Part shown: in pieces, positions 25,775 through 32,000 of the stretch | Layout of the letters: the number at the start of each line of letters is the position of its first letter | Position numbering within the stretch: position 1 is the stretch's first letter | Assembly (NCBI RefSeq): GCF_900187275.1 | Contig: NZ_LT906458.1 | Location: 60,001-92,000 of the forward strand | DNA length: 32,000 nucleotides | Direction of reading: 5' to 3' | From: Pasteurella multocida | Lineage (GTDB): Bacteria > Pseudomonadota > Gammaproteobacteria > Enterobacterales > Pasteurellaceae | Notes under the pieces: model-generated | What the model saw: the letters and a program-made list of their open reading frames with translations, nothing else | What the model was told of the DNA's origin: nothing | Database searches by the model: none | Translations under genes and position numbers: made by a program

Positions 25775-27436
25775 ATGAGTGATATCGCCATCACGATAAG
25801 CCTCCTTGCACTGGTTGCTGTCATTGGGTTGTGGATAGGACATTGGAAGATTCGAGGCGTGGGGTTAGGTATTGGCGGGGTATTATTTGGCGGGATTATT
25901 GTCGCCCATTTTACTAACCAATATGGTTTAAAGCTAGATGCACATACGATGCATTTTATTCAAGAGTTTGGTTTAATTTTATTCGTTTATACGATTGGGA
26001 TTCAGGTGGGACCCGGTTTTTTCGCCTCATTACGTCAATCTGGTCTTAAGTTAAATGGCTTTGCAGCATTAATTGTTTTGCTGGGTTCACTGGCGGTGAT
26101 TGTGATCCATAAGCTTGCTGATGTGCCATTGGATATTATTCTCGGGATTTATTCAGGTGCGGTGACGAATACGCCGTCGTTAGGGGCAGGGCAACAAATT
26201 CTTTCTGAATTAGGGCTTACGCAAACCACGTCAACCATGGGGATGGCGTATGCGATGGCTTACCCATTCGGCATCTGTGGGATTTTACTGAGTATGTGGT
26301 TAATCCGCCTATTTTTCCGCATTAAAATTGATGATGAAGCGAAAAATTTCCTGAAAGAAAGTGGGCAAGATAAAGAAACCCTTGGTTCGATAAATGTCAG
26401 AGTCACCAATCCGAATTTAGATGGGCTACGTTTAGTGGATATTCCCGGGTTTGATGAAAAAAGAGATGTGGTGTGTACGCGTTTAAAACGGGACGAGCAT
26501 ATTAGTGTGCCGCAAGCCAATACGATTATCCAGAAAGGTGACTTGTTACATTTGGTGGGTGAAATTCCTTTATTGCGTAAAATCAAATTGGTGTTAGGTG
26601 AAGAAGTCGATGTGCCTTTATCCAGTTTTACTGGGGATTTACGCTCCGATCGTATTGTGGTCACCAATGAAAAAGTTTTAGGCAAGAAAATTCGCGCGTT
26701 AGGTATTCATCAGAAATATGGCGTCGTGATTTCACGATTAAACCGAGCAGGGGTTGAGTTGGTGCCGACAGCGAATACCGCATTACAGTTTGGTGATGTG
26801 TTACATGTTGTTGGGCGCAGTGAAGTATTAAACCAAGCGGTTTCAATTCTCGGCAATGCGCAACAAAAATTACAACAAGTCCAAATGTTGCCTGTGTTTA
26901 TTGGGATTGGTTTAGGGGTATTACTGGGTTCCATTCCTTTCCATATTCCCGGTTTTCCAGTGCCGCTTAAGCTCGGTTTAGCCGGTGGACCATTAGTGGT
27001 TGCGTTGATTTTGGCGCGTATCGGGAGCATTGGTAAACTGTATTGGTTTATGCCACCTAGCGCTAACTTAGCATTGCGTGAAATTGGGATCGTGTTATTC
27101 CTTGCAGTAGTGGGCTTAAAATCCGGAGGAAATTTTGTTGATACTTTAGTTAATGGAAGTGGGCTAGAATGGATGGTGTATGGGATTTTTATCACCTTTG
27201 TACCATTGATGATTGTTGGTATCGTGGCACGCTTATACGCGAAAATGAACTATTTAAGTTTGTGTGGCTTATTGGCGGGTTCGATGACCGATCCGCCAGC
27301 ACTAGCCTTTGCAAATGCGATTAAAGAGGAAAGTGGCGCATCTGCGTTATCCTACGCAACGGTTTATCCGCTTGTGATGTTCTTACGGATTATTTCGCCT
27401 CAACTGTTAGCTATATTGCTGTGGACGTTACTGTAA
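25775..27436 (+). CDS. yidE: Putative transport protein YidE (AAE family, two RCK_C/TrkA-C domains)
   Basis: Colinear with E. coli YidE from MSDIA.T.S.LALVAV.GL through [12 protein letters not shown] and [21 protein letters not shown]. Confidence 0.92.
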   Translation: MSDIAITISLLALVAVIGLWIGHWKIRGVGLGIGGVLFGGIIVAHFTNQYGLKLDAHTMHFIQEFGLILFVYTIGIQVGPGFFASLRQSGLKLNGFAALIVLLGSLAVIVIHKLADVPLDIILGIYSGAVTNTPSLGAGQQILSELGLTQTTSTMGMAYAMAYPFGICGILLSMWLIRLFFRIKIDDEAKNFLKESGQDKETLGSINVRVTNPNLDGLRLVDIPGFDEKRDVVCTRLKRDEHISVPQANTIIQKGDLLHLVGEIPLLRKIKLVLGEEVDVPLSSFTGDLRSDRIVVTNEKVLGKKIRALGIHQKYGVVISRLNRAGVELVPTANTALQFGDVLHVVGRSEVLNQAVSILGNAQQKLQQVQMLPVFIGIGLGVLLGSIPFHIPGFPVPLKLGLAGGPLVVALILARIGSIGKLYWFMPPSANLALREIGIVLFLAVVGLKSGGNFVDTLVNGSGLEWMVYGIFITFVPLMIVGIVARLYAKMNYLSLCGLLAGSMTDPPALAFANAIKEESGASALSYATVYPLVMFLRIISPQLLAILLWTLL

Positions 27437-27441
27437 TCAAC

Positions 27442-27473
27442 AAAAAAACCGCACATCAAAGTGCGGTTTTTTT
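27442..27473. terminator. Bidirectional terminator formed by an inverted USS pair
   Basis: AAAAAAACCGCAC (27442-27454) / GTGCGGTTTTTTT (27461-27473). One arm is a perfect USS core (27459-27467) and the other is ACCGCACAT. It lies between convergent yidE and yfcZ. Confidence 0.85.
27459..27467 (+). repeat. Uptake signal sequence core (AAGTGCGGT)
   Basis: Perfect 9-mer forming one arm of the yidE/yfcZ terminator. Confidence 0.8.
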
Positions 27474-27483
27474 CGTTTCTTTT

Positions 27484-27774
27484 TTATCGTGTCGAAAGTT
27501 GGAAAATCATGGCTTCTGCTTGGCAGCTAAACACAAATTGTGCTTTAAGCAAGGCTCCTTGTTCTACGGCTGAAATATCACTTGTGATTTCGCAAGGATC
27601 GCTTTCTGCGGCTTTTGCTTTTTCAGTTAAATAAGCCAGTGCTTCTTCGGCTTGTGCTTGCGAGGCATATACTTGTTCAAATTCTACCGTACAGTCAGAA
27701 CCATCAATAATAGTACCCACATCAACACAGCAACAGGCTTTGGCTTCTTCTGGATTGCATTTTAATTTACTCAT
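27484..27774 (-). CDS. yfcZ: YfcZ/UPF0381 (DUF406) family protein, 96 aa from ATG 27774
   Basis: CCCVDVGTIIDGSDCT and F.C.AEAMIFQL resemble E. coli YfcZ. It is divergent from fadL, as in E. coli. Confidence 0.75.
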   Translation of the reverse strand: MSKLKCNPEEAKACCCVDVGTIIDGSDCTVEFEQVYASQAQAEEALAYLTEKAKAAESDPCEITSDISAVEQGALLKAQFVFSCQAEAMIFQLSTR

Positions 27775-27890
27775 ACCTTTTCCTTCTAATTTTGATGAAA
27801 TATTTAGCACATTTTATCACTGTTCCGCGGGCTCGTAAAATTTAACCCTTGTTTTTGTAAGGTAAAATCAATCATTCACACATCTATCTG

Positions 27891-27907
27891 ACTGGTCTGA
27901 ACTCTTA
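27891..27907 (+). promoter_or_regulatory. FadR-like operator in the fadL/ompP1 promoter region
   Basis: ACTGGTCTGAACTCTTA contains CTGGTCTGA(A)C. Compare the CTGGTCCGACC / CTGGTACGACC cores of the E. coli fadL and fadB FadR sites. It lies 112 nt upstream of the fadL ATG. Confidence 0.45.
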
Positions 27908-28018
27908 CTAAATCGAGCAAATACATTTGCACCCCTCTAGATACTTCTTTAGAATCCAAACGTTTTATTACAAATGTTTTATTATACAAATAACTTAAAT
28001 AACAAAGGTCTCATAATT

Positions 28019-29329
28019 ATGGCGAAAACTAGCAAATTTACTCAAACTCTTCTTGCTTCCGCGTTAGCGGTGGTCGCGGGTAGCGCTTCTGCTGCCGCTT
28101 TCCAACTAGCAGAAGTGTCAACATCCGGTTTAGGGCGTGCTTATGCGGGGGAAGCCGCGATTGCAGATAATGCGGCAGTGGTTGCCACGAACCCAGCATT
28201 AATGAGCTTATTGAAACAACCTGAAATTTCTGTTGGGGCAATTTATGTGGACCCAAATATTAATTTAACTTCACCAATGCCAGGGTTCGCCTATAAAAAT
28301 ATTGCGCCGAATGCGTTAGTTCCGACAGTGTATGGTGTGTATCCAATTAACGAAAAATTCGCTGTGGGCGGTGGATTGAATGTCAACTATGGTTTAGCCA
28401 CCGAGTTTGATGACAAATATGCGGGTGGCTTTTTAGGCGGTAAAACCGATTTAACCGCAATTAACTTTAACTTAAGCGGTGCCTATCGTGTTACTGAAAA
28501 ATTCAGTGTTGGTCTAGGCTTAAACGCAGTGCATGCGAAAGCGAAACTTGAGCGTTATGCGGGTGTAGCGTTAAAATTAAAAGCGCAAGCATTGGCTCAA
28601 GCTGGAGTTCAAGGTGCAGAACAACTTGCGAAATTACCAGCGAATACTGTGATTTCAAAGTTACAGGGTGATAAATGGGGCTTTGGCTGGAATGCAGGAT
28701 TGGTATATGAATTTAATGAGCGTAACCGCATTGGTATCGCCTATCATTCACAAGTGGATATCAATTTTAAAGGACAGTATTCGAATCAATTTCCTTTAGC
28801 TCTTGCACCTGCATTAAGTCCTCAAGGTATTACTGCGACAGGTGGCAAAGAAATCCCGGGTACTTTACATTTACCGCTACCGGCTTATTGGGAAATTTCT
28901 GGCTATCATAAAATGACCGATCGTTTTGCAATGCACTATAGCTATAAATATACGCAATGGAGCAAATTTAAAGAGTTACGTGCAAAAGGTACGGACGGTA
29001 AGACCTTATTTAGCAAAACAGAAGAGTTTCGTGATTCTTCACGTATTGCCCTTGGTGCGAGCTATGATGTAACCGATGCATTAACGGTACGTACGGGTAT
29101 TGCGTATGATGAAAGTGCTGCAGATGAGCATAACACCATTTCTATTCCAGATACGGATCGTACTTGGTTTAGTGTGGGGGCCACTTACCGCTTTACGCCA
29201 AATGTATCTATTGATGCCGGTTTTGCACACTTAAAAGGCAAGAAGAATACCTTTAAAGAAGAAGGGGTTCCATTTACTAGCAAAGCCAGTGCGAACCTTT
29301 ATGGTTTAAATGTGAATTACCGTTTCTAA
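28019..29329 (+). CDS. fadL: Long-chain fatty acid outer-membrane channel FadL / OmpP1
   Basis: Signal peptide ..AGSASA, then AAFQLAEVSTSGLGRAYAGEAAIADNA (the conserved FadL/OmpP1 N-terminal hatch) and a C-terminal ..NVNYRF. Confidence 0.93.
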   Translation: MAKTSKFTQTLLASALAVVAGSASAAAFQLAEVSTSGLGRAYAGEAAIADNAAVVATNPALMSLLKQPEISVGAIYVDPNINLTSPMPGFAYKNIAPNALVPTVYGVYPINEKFAVGGGLNVNYGLATEFDDKYAGGFLGGKTDLTAINFNLSGAYRVTEKFSVGLGLNAVHAKAKLERYAGVALKLKAQALAQAGVQGAEQLAKLPANTVISKLQGDKWGFGWNAGLVYEFNERNRIGIAYHSQVDINFKGQYSNQFPLALAPALSPQGITATGGKEIPGTLHLPLPAYWEISGYHKMTDRFAMHYSYKYTQWSKFKELRAKGTDGKTLFSKTEEFRDSSRIALGASYDVTDALTVRTGIAYDESAADEHNTISIPDTDRTWFSVGATYRFTPNVSIDAGFAHLKGKKNTFKEEGVPFTSKASANLYGLNVNYRF

Positions 29330-29352
29330 TTGACAAAAAATCAAGCATAATA

Positions 29353-29381
29353 AAGCGTACTTCGGTACGCTTTTCTTTTTT
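29353..29381 (+). terminator. Rho-independent terminator after fadL
   Basis: AAGCGTAC (29353-29360), loop TTCG, GTACGCTT (29365-29372), followed by a T-rich run. Confidence 0.8.
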
Positions 29382-29391
29382 AGAGGATGTT

Positions 29392-29934
29392 ATGTCACCT
29401 GTTTATTATTGCTATGAGGATTCTCCGGTTGGGCGTTTATTGATGCTGTGTGAAGCGGAGAAACTTACGCATCTTGATTTTGTTGTCACGCAAGTTGCCC
29501 CTCGCCCCGATTGGATTTTAGATGAAAATCGACCGCTCTTTTTACAGGTTAAGCAAGCCTTGCGGGACTATTTTGCTGGGAAACGTGTGTGCTTTGACGC
29601 GATTCCTTTTGCCCCTAAAGGTACGGCATTTCAGCAACGCGTTTGGTCTGCATTACAACAGTTAGCTTATGGTGAATGCACGACTTATGGCGAGCTGGCT
29701 CAACGAATTGGTCAGCCGAAGGCGGTGCGTGCGGTTGGTGGGGCCGTTGGTCGTAATCCAATTAGCATTCTAATCCCTTGTCATCGTGTTTTAGGTAAAC
29801 AACGTGAATTGACCGGTTTTGGTGGAGGCTTACCCATCAAACGCCATTTGTTGCAATTAGAACAAATTGACTATGTGGATCACGGGGTAGAGTTTGTAAA
29901 ACCTAAACACCTCAAAAAATATCAGCAAAAATGA
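29392..29934 (+). CDS. ogt: Methylated-DNA--protein-cysteine methyltransferase
   Basis: Active site IPCHRV and helix-turn-wing TYGELA..IG.P.A.RAVG.A.G.NP. Confidence 0.92.
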   Translation: MSPVYYCYEDSPVGRLLMLCEAEKLTHLDFVVTQVAPRPDWILDENRPLFLQVKQALRDYFAGKRVCFDAIPFAPKGTAFQQRVWSALQQLAYGECTTYGELAQRIGQPKAVRAVGGAVGRNPISILIPCHRVLGKQRELTGFGGGLPIKRHLLQLEQIDYVDHGVEFVKPKHLKKYQQK

Positions 29935-29942
29935 CCGCACTT
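29934..29942 (-). repeat. Uptake signal sequence core (ACCGCACTT)
   Basis: Perfect 9-mer overlapping the last base of the ogt stop codon and filling the spacer before the mutH ATG. Confidence 0.8.
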
Positions 29943-29943
29943 T

Positions 29944-30612
29944 ATGACACCTCAAACTGAGCAAGAATTATTACAACGGGCACAGGCGATTGCAGGCTTA
30001 CGCTTTGCCGATCTGGCACAAAGCCTGCATATGCCGGTTCCACCTGACTTAAAACGAGATAAAGGCTGGGTGGGTATGTTAATTGAAACCGCTCTCGGTG
30101 CAACCGCAGGCAGTAAAGCTGAGCAAGATTTTGCGCACTTGGGGATTGAGTTAAAAACGCTCCCGATTAATGCACAGGGGATGCCGTTAGAAACCACTTT
30201 TGTCAGCTTAGCGCCCTTAACGCAGAATGTGGGGGTCAGTTGGGAAAACTCACATGTTAGGCATAAACTCAGTAAGGTACTGTGGATTTTAGTTGAAGGG
30301 GAAAGACAGATTCCGTTGTCTGAACGGCGTGTTGGGCAGCCGATTTTATGGCAGCCTTCAGCACAGCAAGAATTGCGTTTAAAGCGAGATTGGGAAGAGC
30401 TAATGGAATATATTAGCTTAGGCAAGCTTGAGCAGATTAATGCGACCTTAGGCGAGGTGCTACAGCTTCGTCCGAAAGGGGCAAACAGTAAAGCGTTGAC
30501 CCGTGGAATTGGCAAACACGGTGAAATGATTGATACGTTACCTTTAGGCTTTTATTTACGTAAAACCTTTACTGCGGAAATTTTACAACAATTTTTGCTT
30601 GGCACGGGGTAA
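29944..30612 (+). CDS. mutH: DNA mismatch repair endonuclease MutH
   Basis: Colinear with E. coli MutH (LKRDKGW.G.L.E, EQDF..LG.ELKT.P, LETTFV..APL, SHVRHKL..VLWI.VEGER). Confidence 0.95.
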   Translation: MTPQTEQELLQRAQAIAGLRFADLAQSLHMPVPPDLKRDKGWVGMLIETALGATAGSKAEQDFAHLGIELKTLPINAQGMPLETTFVSLAPLTQNVGVSWENSHVRHKLSKVLWILVEGERQIPLSERRVGQPILWQPSAQQELRLKRDWEELMEYISLGKLEQINATLGEVLQLRPKGANSKALTRGIGKHGEMIDTLPLGFYLRKTFTAEILQQFLLGTG

Positions 30613-30677
30613 TTGACTTGGTGTCTTTGCACAAAATGATATGATTTATCTCATTTTTATGAAAAAAGGAACAGACT

Positions 30678-31406
30678 ATGTTTGAATGGCTTGCGAGTCC
30701 GGAGGCTTGGGTTGCACTTTTTACCTTAGCTGCTTTAGAAATTGTGTTAGGGATTGATAACATCATTTTCATTAGTATTTTGGTTGGGCGTTTACCCGAA
30801 CATCAACGCCAATCCGGACGCTTGATTGGGCTCGGTTTGGCAATGGGAATGCGAATTTTATTATTGCTTTCTCTCTCTTGGGTCATGTCGTTGACAGCGA
30901 CCTTATTTACCGTATTAGGGGAGGCGATCTCTGGGCGTGATTTAATTTTATTGATTGGTGGCTTATTCCTAGTAGCAAAAAGTACCCATGAAATTCACCA
31001 TGCTATGATGCCAGAAGAAGAAAATGAGGAAGAGAAACCAAAAACAGTAAGCTTTTTAGGCATTTTAACGCAGATTGCGATTTTGGATATTGTGTTCTCA
31101 TTGGATTCGGTGATTACGGCAGTAGGCATGGTAGATCAAGTGGGCGTGATGATTGTGGCGATTGTGATGGCTGTTGGGGTAATGATGTTTGCAGCGAAAC
31201 CAATCGGGGATTTTGTTGAAACGCATCCAACTTTGAAAGTCCTTGCTCTGTCTTTCTTAATCTTAATTGGTGTGGCATTGATTGGAGAGAGTTTAGATTT
31301 CCACATTCCGAAAGGTTATATTTACTTTGCGATGGGCTTCTCCGTGGTGGTTGAAATGATCAACATTAAAATGCGTAAAAAGCTCATTAAAAAACCGAGT
31401 GTGTGA
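30678..31406 (+). CDS. ygdQ: TerC-family integral membrane protein (YgdQ-like)
   Basis: A 242-aa protein with 7 TM helices and the TerC motifs LE.VLGIDN.IFI and LD.VFSLDSVITA. It is adjacent to mutH, as in E. coli. Confidence 0.85.
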   Translation: MFEWLASPEAWVALFTLAALEIVLGIDNIIFISILVGRLPEHQRQSGRLIGLGLAMGMRILLLLSLSWVMSLTATLFTVLGEAISGRDLILLIGGLFLVAKSTHEIHHAMMPEEENEEEKPKTVSFLGILTQIAILDIVFSLDSVITAVGMVDQVGVMIVAIVMAVGVMMFAAKPIGDFVETHPTLKVLALSFLILIGVALIGESLDFHIPKGYIYFAMGFSVVVEMINIKMRKKLIKKPSV

Positions 31407-31444
31407 GAGAACACAAAAATGGCAAGCCTGAGTCGCTTGCCATA

Positions 31445-32000
31445 TTATTATAGCTAGACAAAGTCTAGCTATAAAAACCATACGCTTTGCGTATGGAACA
31501 GAAAAGCTTAAGCGGTGAGCAGAACAAAACATCCTCCTATAATGAACAAGGCTGACAACCAAAATTCAACATATAGGAGGATAAGTCATGGCAAGTAAAT
31601 CCAATGACGATTCAAGTCTATCACACACAAGATGGAACTGTAAGTACCACATAGTCTTTATCCCTAAGTATAGGAGAAAAGCAATTTATGGAAAATTGCG
31701 AGTTGATATAGGAGGGATACTAAGACAATTATGTCACTACAAGAATGTAGAGATAATAGAGGCATATGCAATGAAAGAGCATATCCATATGCTGTTAAGG
31801 ATACCTCCGAAACTGGCCGTTTCAAGTTTTATGGGGTATTTAAAAGGTAAGTCATCGCTAATGATATTTGAAAGACATGCAAATTTGAAATATAAGTATG
31901 GGAATCGAAATTTTTGGGCGAAAGGCTATTATGTAAGTACAGTAGGTTTAAATACAAAAATTGTAGAGGAATATATCCGAAATCAGGAAAAGGAAGATAT
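31445..32000 (+). mobile_element. IS200/IS605-family insertion sequence, left end and tnpA (runs off the window)
   Basis: Perfect 11-bp hairpin TATAGCTAGAC/GTCTAGCTATA (31449-31473), a second hairpin CCATACGC/GCGTATGG (31478-31496), a stem that could sequester the SD, and a Y1 HUH transposase ORF. The left boundary is uncertain by about +/-30 nt. Confidence 0.8.
31588..32000 (+). CDS. tnpA: IS200-type Y1 (HUH) transposase TnpA, first 137 codons
   Basis: My own translation: MASKSNDDSSLSHTRWNCKYHIVFIPKYRRKAIYG...EHIHMLLRIPPK..SSFMGYLKGKSS...NFWAKGYYVSTVG. The HUH motif (HIH) and catalytic Tyr context match Salmonella IS200 TnpA. AGGAGG lies 7 nt upstream. The ORF is missing from the track because it is open at the window edge. 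Confidence 0.9.
   Translation, partial: MASKSNDDSSLSHTRWNCKYHIVFIPKYRRKAIYGKLRVDIGGILRQLCHYKNVEIIEAYAMKEHIHMLLRIPPKLAVSSFMGYLKGKSSLMIFERHANLKYKYGNRNFWAKGYYVSTVGLNTKIVEEYIRNQEKED

Noticed and set aside
26260-27195. Antisense ORFs (141, 61 and 161 aa) inside yidE
   Set aside because: They lie opposite a frame that is colinear with E. coli YidE over its full length.
29952-30515. 187-aa antisense ORF inside mutH
   Set aside because: It lies opposite a frame colinear with E. coli MutH. Its Cys/Ser/Arg-rich translation is typical of shadow ORFs.
31293-31562. 89-aa minus-strand ORF spanning the ygdQ 3' end and the IS200 left-end hairpins
   Set aside because: It reads through three perfect hairpins and the antisense strand of ygdQ, so it is not credible as a gene.
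1-32000. CRISPR arrays, tRNA/rRNA genes, prophage or integrase genes
   Set aside because: I saw no regularly spaced direct repeats, no tRNA-like cloverleaf or rRNA conserved stretches, and no integrase or phage structural ORFs. The only mobile-element gene is the IS200 tnpA at the right edge.

Overview
The window is a Pasteurellaceae chromosomal segment. At least ten perfect copies of the Haemophilus-type uptake signal core AAGTGCGGT/ACCGCACTT are present, and gene order and protein sequences look Haemophilus/Aggregatibacter-like. The left third is housekeeping: accC (3' part), yhdT, panF, prmA, dusB, fis and purL, with a perfect PurR box upstream of purL. Between purL and a ZnuD-like His-rich TonB-dependent receptor gene lies a variable mosaic of about 4.3 kb (about 8960-13290). 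It holds three to four diverged, partly truncated copies of the receptor's own upstream module (terminator hairpin, promoter/dyad, about 200-nt leader, first codons). These copies bracket two foreign cassettes. Cassette 1 is a very AT-rich, USS-free two-gene operon on the minus strand encoding a DUF262 (ParB/GmrSD-type) protein and a small HEPN-like protein with an Rx4H motif; it is the best candidate for an uncharacterised defence system. Cassette 2 is an orphan acidic 341-aa protein flanked by USS. Downstream are a Fur-box-controlled HmuTUV/FecBCDE-type ABC importer, a lipoprotein, an EEP-family membrane nuclease/phosphatase, a phosphohexomutase, another lipoprotein, a YddA (SbmA/BacA-type) ABC protein, yidE, yfcZ, fadL/ompP1 (with a FadR-like operator), ogt, mutH and ygdQ. 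An IS200-family element with tnpA runs off the right edge. No rRNA, tRNA or CRISPR array was seen. All coordinates and alignments were done by hand and eye.
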